Below are positions 53,844 to 63,534 of a DNA stretch of 64,000 nt, piece by piece. The stretch is from an uncultured delta proteobacterium (GTDB taxonomy: Bacteria > Myxococcota > Myxococcia > Myxococcales > Anaeromyxobacteraceae). The position numbers and the translations under genes are program-made. The notes beneath the pieces are model-generated. The model ran no database searches and was not told the origin of the DNA. It saw only the letters and a program-made list of their open reading frames with translations. Location of the stretch: contig CAWHDZ010000040.1 of NCBI GenBank assembly GCA_963828255.1, positions 96,001 to 160,000 of the forward strand, read 5' to 3'. Position 1 is the stretch's first letter; each line of letters begins with the position of its first letter.

Positions 53844-54035
53844 CTAGTCCTCGGCGATGGGCTGCGGACCCGGCACGATCCCGGCGATGTCCGGGTCCTC
53901 ACCGGGCGTTCCCGCGGATCCAGGGTTCGCTTCCTTGTCCCGCTTGCGCGTCTCTCGCCGCTCGTCCTTCTTGCGCTGCTTGTCGCGGCGCGCGGCTTCC
54001 TTCTGTCGCTTCGTCGAACCCGGGTTGAAGACCAT
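53844..54035 (-). CDS. Small basic protein downstream of csp
   Basis: AGGAG SD; KRQKE.AR..KQ..K..RR, then EDPDIAGIVPGPQP. Confidence 0.7.
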   Translation of the reverse strand: MVFNPGSTKRQKEAARRDKQRKKDERRETRKRDKEANPGSAGTPGEDPDIAGIVPGPQPIAED

Positions 54036-54078
54036 GTGAACTCCTGGAGGCAGGGGCCTCGCGGCTTGGGAAATGCGA

Positions 54079-54101
54079 AGGCCCGGCCGCCGGCCGGGCC
54101 T
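54079..54101 (-). terminator. GC-rich hairpin after csp
   Basis: AGGCCCGGCC-GCC-GGCCGGGCCT; weak U tract on the minus strand. Confidence 0.45.
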
Positions 54102-54125
54102 CCACCGAACGGGCCGGTCTGTAGC

Positions 54126-54329
54126 TTACACCGGACGGACGCTGGCGGCCTGAAGTCCCTTCGGCCCCTTCTTCACCTCGAACTCCACCTTCTGCCCTTC
54201 CTTGAGGGTGCGGAACCCTTCGGTCTGGATGGCCGTGTGGTGGCAGAAGACGTCCTCGCCACCGCCGTCCTGCGTGATGAACCCGAAGCCCTTCGCATCG
54301 TTGAACCACTTCACGACTCCACTGGCCAT
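54126..54329 (-). CDS. cspA: Cold-shock protein
   Basis: G.VKWFN..KGFGFI, VF.H, GPKGLQA. Confidence 0.95.
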   Translation of the reverse strand: MASGVVKWFNDAKGFGFITQDGGGEDVFCHHTAIQTEGFRTLKEGQKVEFEVKKGPKGLQAASVRPV

Positions 54330-54453
54330 CCAGCACGTCCTTCGTCGTTCGCGCGGGAACCGTTCCCGGTGGGCTCGGGCCACCCCTGTAGCGCGGGCCG
54401 CCAAGTTGTCTAGCGCGCCCGAAACCGTTTGTCGAGGGGCCGATCAGGCCGGA

Positions 54454-56523
54454 TCAGGCGCCCTGGTCGAAGCGATCGAAGCGCATGGTGAAGACCGCCC
54501 GCCCCTGGGTCAGGGAGCGGAGCTCGGTGGCATACCCGAACATGCGGCGCAGGGGGGCCTCCCCCTCGATGACCTTCAGGGCGGCGCCGCGGTCGGAGAC
54601 GTCGAGCACCGAGCCCTGGCGCCGGTCGAGGCTCCCGATCACCTCGCCGAGGTACTCGGAGGGGAGGAGGACCTCGGTCCGCATGATGGGCTGGAGGATC
54701 ACCGGCCCGGCCCGGCTGGCGGCGTCGCGCACCGCGTCGGCCACCGCGACCTTGTAGGCGAATGGCTTCGAGGCCCCCTCCCTCCAGGTGGCCCCCGTCA
54801 GGGTGACCGCGACGTCCTGCAGCGGGTGGCCTTCCAGGACGCCGGTCTCCGCCGCCTCGCGGGCTCCGGCAGAGGCCATCTCCAGCGTCTCGCCACGCAT
54901 GAAGGGCAGGGCCCGGACCCCGTCGGTGAGCAGGAACCGGAACCCCGTGCCGCGGGGCAGGGGGGCGACCGCGACGCTGGCCTGGCCGAAGATCTCCTCG
55001 TCGTCGAGCGAGCGCTCGAAGCTCGCCTCTCCCTCGGCGGGGAGGGTCAGGGTCTCCCGGAGGAGGACCTGCGGCTCCCCGGTCCTGACCTCGAGGTGGA
55101 ACTCGCGCTTGAGCCGCTCGGCCACGATCTCCAGGTGCAGCTCCCCCATCCCCGAGATGAGCAGCTGCCCGGTGTCGGCGTTCTCGCCGAAGCGGAAGCT
55201 GGGGTCCTCGTCGGCGATGCGGGAGAGCGCGTCGAGGAGGAGCTCACGGTCGGAGAGGCTGCGCGCCTCGACCGCCGCCGAGATGACCGGCTCGTAGGCC
55301 GAGATGCGCTCGAGGACCAGCCCGTGACCCGGGGCGGTGAGCGTGTCCCCGGTCTTCACGTCCTTCAGCCCCATGACGGCGAAGATCTGGCCGGCCCCCA
55401 GCGCCGGCACGCGCCGCTTCTGGGAGGCGTGCATGAGCAGCACCCGTGAGACCCGCTCCTTCCGGCGCTGGCTCGCGTTCCAGACCTCGTCCCCCTCGGC
55501 GATGCGCCCGGTGTAGACGCGCACGAAGACGAAGCGGCGCAGCTCGTCGAGGAGGGAGACCTTGAAGGCGAGGGCGACGAGCGGCGCCTCGTCGGAGGGG
55601 GGAGGGACGGCCACGTCCAGCCCGGAGGCGTCGGTCCCGTGGGGAGGGGGAACGTCGAGCGGGGAGGGGAGCCAGTCGCAGACCGCGTCCAGGACCTGGG
55701 AGACCCCCTTGTTGCGGAGCGCCGAGCCGCAGAGGAGGGGCACGAACTTTCCGCCCAGGGTGGCCCGCCGCACCGCCTGACCCATGGCGTCGGGGTCGAG
55801 GTCGGCGTCCTCGAGGAGCGCCGTGGCCGCCCCCTCGTCGAGGTCGGCGAGGGTCTCCAGGAGCACCCGGCGGGCGTCCTCGCCGGCGGCCGAGATCCCC
55901 TGGCTCACGTCGAAGGCGCGCGGGTCGTCCTCGTCGGTGAAGGTGACGGTCCGTCGCGTCACAAGATCCTCGAGCCCCGTGAAGCCGGCCCCCTCGCCCA
56001 GGGGGCGGTGCACCGCGGCGGTCCGGTGGTCGGGGAAGTGGCTCCGCATGGAACGCAGCGTCTCCGCGAAGTCGGCGCCGACCCGGTCCATCTTGTTGGC
56101 GAGCGCGATGCGCGGGACCTGATAGCGGTCGGCCTGCCGCCAGACGGTCTCGCTCTGCGGCTCGACGCCGTTGACCGCGTCGAAGACCACCACCGCGCCG
56201 TCGAGGACGCGCAGGCTCCGCTCCACCTCCACCGTGAAGTCCACGTGGCCCGGGGTATCGATGAGGTGGATCTCCCGGCCGGACCACTCGAAGGTGCTCA
56301 CCGCCGAGGTGATGGTGATCCCGCGCTCCCGCTCCAGATCCATCCAGTCCATCACGGCAAGCCCGTCGTGGACCTCCCCCATCTTGTGGGTGCGACCGGC
56401 CGCGAAGAGGAAACGCTCGGAGAGCGTGGTCTTCCCCGCGTCGATGTGGGCCATGATCCCGATGTTCCGGATGGCGCGGATTCGCCGTACCGGTGCCGAT
56501 TCTCGCGTTGCCTCCCCGCCCAT
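54454..56523 (-). CDS. fusA: Divergent elongation factor G paralog (EF-G2/spdEFG2-like)
   Basis: RNIGIMAHIDAGKTT, ERGITI, DTPGHVDF, NKMD, GMGELHL, MFGYATELRS.TQG; atypical domain IV loops. Confidence 0.9.
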   Translation of the reverse strand: MGGEATRESAPVRRIRAIRNIGIMAHIDAGKTTLSERFLFAAGRTHKMGEVHDGLAVMDWMDLERERGITITSAVSTFEWSGREIHLIDTPGHVDFTVEVERSLRVLDGAVVVFDAVNGVEPQSETVWRQADRYQVPRIALANKMDRVGADFAETLRSMRSHFPDHRTAAVHRPLGEGAGFTGLEDLVTRRTVTFTDEDDPRAFDVSQGISAAGEDARRVLLETLADLDEGAATALLEDADLDPDAMGQAVRRATLGGKFVPLLCGSALRNKGVSQVLDAVCDWLPSPLDVPPPHGTDASGLDVAVPPPSDEAPLVALAFKVSLLDELRRFVFVRVYTGRIAEGDEVWNASQRRKERVSRVLLMHASQKRRVPALGAGQIFAVMGLKDVKTGDTLTAPGHGLVLERISAYEPVISAAVEARSLSDRELLLDALSRIADEDPSFRFGENADTGQLLISGMGELHLEIVAERLKREFHLEVRTGEPQVLLRETLTLPAEGEASFERSLDDEEIFGQASVAVAPLPRGTGFRFLLTDGVRALPFMRGETLEMASAGAREAAETGVLEGHPLQDVAVTLTGATWREGASKPFAYKVAVADAVRDAASRAGPVILQPIMRTEVLLPSEYLGEVIGSLDRRQGSVLDVSDRGAALKVIEGEAPLRRMFGYATELRSLTQGRAVFTMRFDRFDQGA

Positions 56524-56558
56524 GAACGTGGAGTATACCCGGCCAGGAGGGTATCCCC

Positions 56559-58718
56559 ATGGCAGAGACACCGAGTTCCCCGCCGCATCCCTGGCGGTTC
56601 AACCGCATCGGAGGGCTCGATCAGGTCCAGCTCGACCGTCCCGACGACCTGCGCAACCTCGACCGGCTCGACCAGAAGCTCTGGGTGGCCCTGGCCTGTC
56701 CGACGAAGGGGCTCGAGATCGACCCGGCCACGCTGGCCCTTCTCGACACGGACAAGGACGGCCGCGTCCGGGCGCCCGAGGTGATCGCGGCGGTGAAGTT
56801 CGCCGACGCCCGGCTGAAGGACCTGGGCGACGTGGTGGCCGGCAAGGAGACCTTGCCGCTCGACGCCATCCGGGAGGACACGGCGGAGGGGAAGGCGCTG
56901 CTCGCCGCGGCCCGCCAGGTGCTCGTCGCCGCCGGCAAGCCCGACGCGAAGGAGGTCACGCTCGACGAGGTGGCCGACCTCACCAACGTCTTCGCGCACA
57001 CCCTCTTCAACGGCGACGGCGTCGTCGTCCCGGAGTCGGCGCCGGAGGGCGTCGTGCGCCAGGTGATCGTGGACGCCATGGACTGCGAGGGCGCGGCCGC
57101 CGACCGCAGCGGAAAGCCGGGGCTCGACCGGCCCAGGCTCGAGTCCTTCTACGCCGACCTCGCCGACTTCGACGCGTGGTGGAAGGAAGGGCGCGTTCCG
57201 GCGATCCAGGTGCTCGGCGACGCCACCCCGGCCGCCGCCGACGCGGTCCGGGCCGTCCAGGCCAAGGTGGAGGACTACTTCACCCGGGTGGGGCTCGCCG
57301 CAATCGACGAGCGCATGCCGCCCCTGCTGGCCCGCCCCGAGATCGAGATCGCGGCCATGGCCGGAAAGGACCTCTCCCCGGCCAGCGCCGAGGTGTCGTC
57401 CCTGCCCGTCGCGCGCATCGCGGCTGGCCGCCCCCTTCCGCTCTCCGACGGGCTGAATCCCGCCTGGGCCGGAGCGGTGGCCGCGCTGCAGAAGGACGCG
57501 GTGACCCCGCTCCTGGGCGCAGGCCGGGCCTCGCTCACGGCCGCGGAGTGGGAGGGCGTGAAGGCGTCGTTCGCCCCGTACGAGGCCTGGCTCGCGGCCC
57601 GGAAGGGCGCCCCGGTGGAGAAGCTGGGGGCCCCACGGGTGACCGCCCTGCTCGCCGGGACCGGCAAGGCCGACGTGGAGGCGCTCATCGCCGAGGACGA
57701 GGCCCGCAAGGACGAGGCCCGCGAGGTCCACGAGGTGGCGCGGATGGTGCGCTACCGGAGGGACCTCTTCCGGCTGCTCCGGAACTTCGTCAACTTCGCC
57801 GACTTCTACGACCCCCGCAGGCCGGCGGTCTTCCAGGCCGGCACCCTCTACCTCGACGGGAGGGCCTGCCACCTCTGCGTCAAGGTGAACGACCCGGCGG
57901 CCCACTCGGTCGTCGCCGTCCCCAGCCGGATGTTCATCGCCTACTGCGACTGCAGGCGGCCCGGCGGCGAGACCATGAAGATCGCCGCCTGTGTCACCCA
58001 GGGTGACTCCGACTTCCTGTCGGTGGGACGAAACGCGCTCTTCTACGACCGCAACGGCACGGACTGGGACGCCACCGTCACCAAGATCGTGGAGAACCCC
58101 ATCAGCCTGCGCCAGGCCTTCTGGTCGCCCTACAAGCGCTTCATCCGGGCCATCAGCGAGCAGGCGGCCAAGCTCGCCGCGGCCAAGGACAAGGAGAGCG
58201 AGGCCCGGCTCTCCCAGGTCGCCGACAGGACCACGGGCGCCGCCGTCGCGGCGAATCCGGTCAAGCCGGATCCCGTGGACGTCGGCAGGATGGTCGGCAT
58301 CATCGCGGCCCTGGGTGTCGGGGTTGGAGCCGTGGGCACCATCTTCGGCGCGGCCGTCTCCGGATTCGTCGGGCTCCAGCCCTGGTGGGCCAAGATCCTC
58401 GCGCTGGCCGGCATGGTGCTCGTCATCTCCGGCCCCGCCGTCGTCATCGCCTGGCTGAAGCTCCGGCAGCGAACGCTCGGGCCGGTGCTCGACGGCAACG
58501 GCTGGGCGGTGAACGGCCGGGTGGTCGTCAACATGCCGCTCGGCACGATGCTCACCGATCGGGCGGCGCTCCCGCCAGGGTCGAGCCGCTCCCTCCAGGA
58601 TCCCTACGTGGACGAGGCGGCGCGGAGCCGCCGGGCCATCGCCTGGTTCCTCGTCATCCTCACCGTGGGAGCCCTCGCCCTGGCCAGGTGGCAGCACTTC
58701 TGGCCGTTCAGGAGGTGA
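56559..58718 (+). CDS. Large hypothetical membrane protein with EF-hand loop
   Basis: DTDKDGRVRAPE 12-residue EF-hand; soluble N-terminal region; 3 C-terminal TM segments; AGGAG SD. Confidence 0.8.
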   Translation: MAETPSSPPHPWRFNRIGGLDQVQLDRPDDLRNLDRLDQKLWVALACPTKGLEIDPATLALLDTDKDGRVRAPEVIAAVKFADARLKDLGDVVAGKETLPLDAIREDTAEGKALLAAARQVLVAAGKPDAKEVTLDEVADLTNVFAHTLFNGDGVVVPESAPEGVVRQVIVDAMDCEGAAADRSGKPGLDRPRLESFYADLADFDAWWKEGRVPAIQVLGDATPAAADAVRAVQAKVEDYFTRVGLAAIDERMPPLLARPEIEIAAMAGKDLSPASAEVSSLPVARIAAGRPLPLSDGLNPAWAGAVAALQKDAVTPLLGAGRASLTAAEWEGVKASFAPYEAWLAARKGAPVEKLGAPRVTALLAGTGKADVEALIAEDEARKDEAREVHEVARMVRYRRDLFRLLRNFVNFADFYDPRRPAVFQAGTLYLDGRACHLCVKVNDPAAHSVVAVPSRMFIAYCDCRRPGGETMKIAACVTQGDSDFLSVGRNALFYDRNGTDWDATVTKIVENPISLRQAFWSPYKRFIRAISEQAAKLAAAKDKESEARLSQVADRTTGAAVAANPVKPDPVDVGRMVGIIAALGVGVGAVGTIFGAAVSGFVGLQPWWAKILALAGMVLVISGPAVVIAWLKLRQRTLGPVLDGNGWAVNGRVVVNMPLGTMLTDRAALPPGSSRSLQDPYVDEAARSRRAIAWFLVILTVGALALARWQHFWPFRR

Positions 58719-58745
58719 CGGCGCCGGGGTCGCCGGCGGCCAGGT

Positions 58746-59243
58746 TCACTCCGGGATGACGCGCTCGGTGACCCTGGCCCCGGTGGCGGGGTCCACGCCC
58801 TCGAGGTCCGCCCAGGCCACGCTGGGGATGAGCCCGCCACCCTCCTCGGCCTGCACGAAGATGCGCCGGAGGTGCGCCGGGCGGCCGGCGATGGTCAGGG
58901 AGGCGGCCGGGCAGCCGTCGCGGAGCGTGAGCTTCACCGGACGGTCCTTCTTGGCCTTCAGCACCACCACGAAGCCTCCGCCCGACGGGGCCGGGTCGGC
59001 GCTGAACCCGTAGGCGAGCAGCTTCTCGATGAAGTTGAGCCCTTCCCGGTGGCCGTCCTCCGCCAGCATGTGCCATTCCGCCGCCAGGGGCTCGTCGGGG
59101 TCGAGCGCCCCGTCGGCTCCACGACGGGCCAGGTAGACGACCTCGTTGGCGTTGGTGCTGCGGCCGATCCGGAAGAGCTCCGCGGCGCAGGGCGGGGTGG
59201 GCCCCGCCGACACGAGCAGCGCCAGGGTGAGTGTTCCGATCAT
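58746..59243 (-). CDS. DUF4833-like exported protein
   Basis: LF.I.RS.N.N.VVY, W......G.RE.LN..E..LAYG. Confidence 0.75.
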   Translation of the reverse strand: MIGTLTLALLVSAGPTPPCAAELFRIGRSTNANEVVYLARRGADGALDPDEPLAAEWHMLAEDGHREGLNFIEKLLAYGFSADPAPSGGGFVVVLKAKKDRPVKLTLRDGCPAASLTIAGRPAHLRRIFVQAEEGGGLIPSVAWADLEGVDPATGARVTERVIPE

Positions 59244-59252
59244 CCGGAGGTG

Positions 59253-60059
59253 CTATCGGATCGCGGGGCCGGGCGCAACGACCGGGTGGTGCCCCACGCA
59301 GCCGCGCCCCTTGCCGACCGCATGCGCCCGGCGCAGCCCCTCGGTGAGGTACTCCTTGGCGCCCCGCACGGCCTCGCCGATGGGCTGGCCCCAGGCCAGG
59401 CGCGCGGCGATGGCAGCCGAGAGCGTGCAGCCCGTGCCGTGGGTGTGGGGCGTGTCGATCCGGGGGGCGGAGAGTTCCAGCGTCTCCCGCCCGTCGAAGA
59501 GGACGTCCACCGCCGCGCCGCCCCCCGTCAACCCGCCCCCCTTCACGAGCACCGCCGCGGGCCCGAGGGCCCGGAGCGCACGCGCGGCCTCCCGCATCCC
59601 GGCGACGTCCCGGACGGGGTGGCCGAGGAGGGCTTCCGCCTCGAGGAGGTTCGGGGTGATGACCGTGGCCAGCGGGAAGAGCAGTTCCACGTAGGCCCGC
59701 CGGGCCGAGGCATCCACCAGCGCATCCCCGCTGCGGGCCACCATGACCGGATCCACGACCAGCGGCCCGACCCGGTTGCGCCGGACCGCCCGGACGACCG
59801 CCTCGACGATGGCAGCGGTCCCGAGCATGCCGGTCTTCGCAGCGGCCACCGCCATGTCGGAGGCCACCGCGTCGATCTGGGCCTCGACGAGCGCCGGATC
59901 GACCGGCGCCCAGGCCCGGACGCCGGTCGAGTTCTGGGCCGTGATCGCCGTGATGGCTGTGGCGCCGTGGAGGCCGTGCGCCGCGAAGGCGTGCAGATCG
60001 GTCTGGATGCCGGCGCCGCCACCCGAGTCGGAGCCGGCGATGGAGAGGACGACCTTCAT
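59253..60059 (-). CDS. thiD: Hydroxymethylpyrimidine/phosphomethylpyrimidine kinase
   Basis: [39 protein letters not shown]. Confidence 0.95.
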   Translation of the reverse strand: MKVVLSIAGSDSGGGAGIQTDLHAFAAHGLHGATAITAITAQNSTGVRAWAPVDPALVEAQIDAVASDMAVAAAKTGMLGTAAIVEAVVRAVRRNRVGPLVVDPVMVARSGDALVDASARRAYVELLFPLATVITPNLLEAEALLGHPVRDVAGMREAARALRALGPAAVLVKGGGLTGGGAAVDVLFDGRETLELSAPRIDTPHTHGTGCTLSAAIAARLAWGQPIGEAVRGAKEYLTEGLRRAHAVGKGRGCVGHHPVVAPGPAIR

Positions 60060-61116
60060 GCCGCCGGTTCCTGCTGCGTCAGGCAGTGGAGGGTCCCGAG
60101 ACCCCACACCAGGTCGAGGGCGTGCACCCCCACGACCGGACGGTCGCGGAAGAGCTCTCCGAGGATCCCCAGCGCCTCGCGGTCCGCAGGATCGTTGAAG
60201 GTCGGCACCAGGACAGCGGCGGCGGCCACGTAGAAGTTGGCGTAGCTGGCCGGGAGGCGCTGGCCGCCGAAGGCCACCGGACGCGGCATGGGGAGGTCCA
60301 CCACCTCGGGGCGCGACCCGTCGGCGAGCCGGGCCGAGGCCAGCCGTTCCCGGTTCTCGGAGAGGGCGGCGTGGTTCGGGTCGGACGGGTCGTCCTCCCG
60401 CGCCAGTACGATGGTGGAGGCGGAGACGAAGCGGGCCAGGTCGTCCACGTGACCGTGGGTGTCGTCGCCGGCGATCCCCCTGCCCAGCCAGATGGTGCAG
60501 GGAGCGCCCAGCACCTCGCGGAAGACCGCCTCGTAGTCGGAGCGGCCGAAGCCGGGATTGCGCACCTGGACGGTGGGGTGGAGAAGGCACTCCTCGGTGG
60601 CCAGGATCGCGCCGGCCCCGTTCACGTCGATGGCGCCGCCCTCCAGCACCACGTCGCGCCCCCAGCGCCGCACCGGCAGGAGCGGCAGGCCGAGCCCGCT
60701 GGCGGCCCGAGCTGCGACCCGGGCGTCCCGGCGCCAGACGGCGTACTTGGACCACGCGTCGAAGCGGAACCCGGCCACGGCCCGGCCGGCGCCGTCGCGG
60801 ACGAAGATCGGTCCGGAGTCGCGCATCCAGGAGCGATCGGTGGGGATGCGCCGGAAGTCCACCCGGCCGAGGTCGGCGCCCTGCCGGAGGAGGTGGCGGC
60901 GGGCCCCGGCCTCGTGGGTGGCGTCGTTCACGAGCAGGCGGACGGTCTCACCCGCGGCGACCTTCTTCACGAGGTCGGCGAAGGCCCAGGGGATGGGCCG
61001 AAGCGCCCCGGCCAGTCCCCCGCGGCGTGGGGCCAGGCGATCCAGGTGGCCTCGTGGGGCTCCCACTCGGCGGGCATCGTGACCCCGCGGGGGGGGCCCT
61101 TTCGGTTCGCGGCCAC
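60056..61116 (-). CDS. aguA: Agmatine deiminase, -1 frameshift near 60997
   Basis: [13 protein letters not shown] in one frame; W.RDSGP, LEGG.IDVNG, DDT.GHVD, SYANFY, G.LHC.TQQ in the next frame. Confidence 0.88.
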
Positions 61117-61123
61117 GGGGTCC

Positions 61124-62011
61124 TCAGTCGATGAAGCGTTCCTGGATCCCGGCGTAGGCGTCCACGCGCCGGTCGCGCAGGAAGGGCCAGTGGCGCCGAA
61201 CCTCCTCGATGCGGGCGACGTCCACCTCGCCCACCAGGATCTCCTCCCGGTCCGCGGACGCCTCGGCGATCACCTGGCCGAACGGGTCGCAGAGGAAGCT
61301 CGACCCCCAGAACTCGATCCCCGCCTGCCCGGCCTCCCCGGGCTCGAGCCCGACCCGGTTCACGGAACCCACGTAGACCCCGCTGGCGATGGCGTGGGAG
61401 CGCTGGATGGTGCGCCAGGCATCCCGCTGCGCCGCTCCGAAGTGCTCCTTCTCGGCGGGGTGCCAGCCGATGGCGGTGGGGAAGAGCAGGATGGCGGCCC
61501 CCTGGAGGGCGGTGAGTCGCGCGCCCTCCGGGAACCACTGGTCCCAGCAGATGAGGGTCCCGACCCGTCCGGCCGCGAGGTCGAAGGCCTGGAACCCCAG
61601 GTCACCCGGGGTGAAGTAGAACTTCTCGTAGAAGGCCGGGTCGTCGGGGATGTGCATCTTCCGGTAGATGCCCCGCAGCGATCCGTCGGCGTCGAGGAGC
61701 AGCGCGCTGTTGTGGTAGAGGCCGGGCGCTCGCCGCTCGAAGATGGGGACGACGATCCCCACCCCCAGCCTCCGGGCCAGCCCCTGGAAGCGGGTGCTGC
61801 TCGGGCCGGGGACGTCCTCCGCCAGGTCGAAGAAGGCGTGGTCCTCCCGCTGGCAGAAGTAGGGGGAGCGGTAGAGCTCCGGCAGGCAGACCACCTCGGC
61901 GCCGCGACGCGCCGCCGCCTCCACCCCGGCAGCGGCCCGCTCCTCGTTGTCGCGCGGGTCGGGGGACATCGCCATCTGGACGAGGCCGACCTGGAACTTG
62001 CCCTTCGACAT
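61124..62011 (-). CDS. aguB: N-carbamoylputrescine amidase (nitrilase family)
   Basis: LPEL, YRKMHIPDDP.FYEKFYF, ICWDQWFPE, PTAIG. Confidence 0.92.
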   Translation of the reverse strand: MSKGKFQVGLVQMAMSPDPRDNEERAAAGVEAAARRGAEVVCLPELYRSPYFCQREDHAFFDLAEDVPGPSSTRFQGLARRLGVGIVVPIFERRAPGLYHNSALLLDADGSLRGIYRKMHIPDDPAFYEKFYFTPGDLGFQAFDLAAGRVGTLICWDQWFPEGARLTALQGAAILLFPTAIGWHPAEKEHFGAAQRDAWRTIQRSHAIASGVYVGSVNRVGLEPGEAGQAGIEFWGSSFLCDPFGQVIAEASADREEILVGEVDVARIEEVRRHWPFLRDRRVDAYAGIQERFID

Positions 62012-62073
62012 GGGGCGAGAGGATACGCGGAGAGGGGCCGGGAAGCACCCGGGAAGGGGCCGCCGGCCGCCGT

Positions 62074-62562
62074 TCAGGCCCCGCCCAGGGGTCCGTCACC
62101 CTCGTCGACCTGCCGCTGCCGCCGCGCCCGGCGGATGGCCGAGGGCAGGAACGCCTCCAGGCTCCCGACCGCCAGCGTCACCTCCCGCAGGAAGAGGCCG
62201 AGGGCGAAGGTGAGCGCGGCCATGGCGGCCACGAAGAGCCCGGCCACCCCCATGGCGAAGTTCACCTTGAGGAGGAATCCCAGGAAGGCGAAGCCGATGA
62301 CCAGCGTGACGAAGAGGGCCGCACCGGTGCCCATGGTGATGGCCCAGCGCACCAGCTCACCCCGCCGCCGCAGGATCTCCAGCTCGGCCGGGTCGTCGCC
62401 GTCCGGATCGACCCGACCCTCGAGGACGCGGGTCCGGTCCACGATCCGGGCCAGCCGGTTGGCGAAGACGTTGAGGAGCGCGGCCACCCCGCTGAGGAGG
62501 AAGGCCGGGGCCAGGGCGATCTGGATCACGCGGGCGATGTCCTGGACGTGGGATTCTTCCAT
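62074..62562 (-). CDS. DUF2721 family membrane protein
   Basis: IQ.ALAPAFLL.G...L.V..NRLARIVDR.R, FLREV. Confidence 0.8.
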   Translation of the reverse strand: MEESHVQDIARVIQIALAPAFLLSGVAALLNVFANRLARIVDRTRVLEGRVDPDGDDPAELEILRRRGELVRWAITMGTGAALFVTLVIGFAFLGFLLKVNFAMGVAGLFVAAMAALTFALGLFLREVTLAVGSLEAFLPSAIRRARRQRQVDEGDGPLGGA

Positions 62563-62570
62563 GGCTCCGT

Positions 62571-63491
62571 TCAGCGCTCGAAGACGAGAGGGAGGGTGAC
62601 GCGGGAGGGGGCGCGGCGCCGGGGAAACCGCCAGGCCGCGACGGTCGCGCGTGCCGCGGCCACCAGCCGGCGGCGCTCCCGTTCCGCGCTGGTGGGGGTC
62701 CGGGTGGTGTCGGAGAGGACCCGGGCGGAGAGCACCGTCCCCGAGGGTGTCACGCGGAACCCCAGTGACAGGAGGCCGGCCACCGGGAGGCGGCGGGCCA
62801 TCGGGAGGATGGCGCCGGAGAGGGCGTCGATGCGGGGAGTGAGCTCGGCGGGGTCGAGCGCCCCCTCCACGAAGGGGCGGGGGGAGACGAACCAGCCGTG
62901 GACGACCACGCGCCCCTCCCGCGGGTCGAGCGTCCCGCGCACCGTGCGGACCGCATGCGGCAGCCGCGGGTCGAAGGCCACCAGCCGATCGAAGCGGGGC
63001 TCGACCACGCGGAGGAGTTCCGGACGCTCGGCCTTGGCAGTGGACCGGAACCCGCTCCACCAGTCGAGGACGTCGTCGCGCAGGATCTCGGTCTCGCCTC
63101 CCCGGAAGGTGCGCCCCTTCCATCGGGTCAGGGAGTAGACGAAGGCCCAGGGGCCGTGGGGAAGGTCACCGTGAAGCTCCTGGCCGCAACCGTCCACGTA
63201 GACCGAGAGCCAGGGCGGGGAGACGTCGTGGCAGCCCAGCGTGCGCCGCCCCCACCAGACCAGCCGGGAGTGGAAGCGTTCGTAGACCCCAGGCGGGAAG
63301 AAGGTCCAGGCCGGGGTCCTGAGCGCCGTGTACTGCCCGGGAACGTGCCAGAAGTCCCAGACGAACCGCTCCGGGGAGGCGACGCGGGGATCGGCGAAGC
63401 GGGTGTCGAGGTGGGCCCGGAGGGCGCGTCCCTCGGGAGCGAATCGATCGACGATGGCGAGCGAGCGGACCAGTGGCGACGAGCCTAGCAC
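62571..63491 (-). CDS. 2OG-Fe(II) oxygenase with C-terminal extension (start uncertain)
   Basis: LHGD (HxD), F.GGET, FD.R.PH.V, R.V.HGWF. Confidence 0.75.
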   Translation of the reverse strand: MLGSSPLVRSLAIVDRFAPEGRALRAHLDTRFADPRVASPERFVWDFWHVPGQYTALRTPAWTFFPPGVYERFHSRLVWWGRRTLGCHDVSPPWLSVYVDGCGQELHGDLPHGPWAFVYSLTRWKGRTFRGGETEILRDDVLDWWSGFRSTAKAERPELLRVVEPRFDRLVAFDPRLPHAVRTVRGTLDPREGRVVVHGWFVSPRPFVEGALDPAELTPRIDALSGAILPMARRLPVAGLLSLGFRVTPSGTVLSARVLSDTTRTPTSAERERRRLVAAARATVAAWRFPRRRAPSRVTLPLVFER

Positions 63492-63534
63492 GGCGGTTGA
63501 CTTCCACCCCGTCCCGGCTATTCCCTCTGGCACC

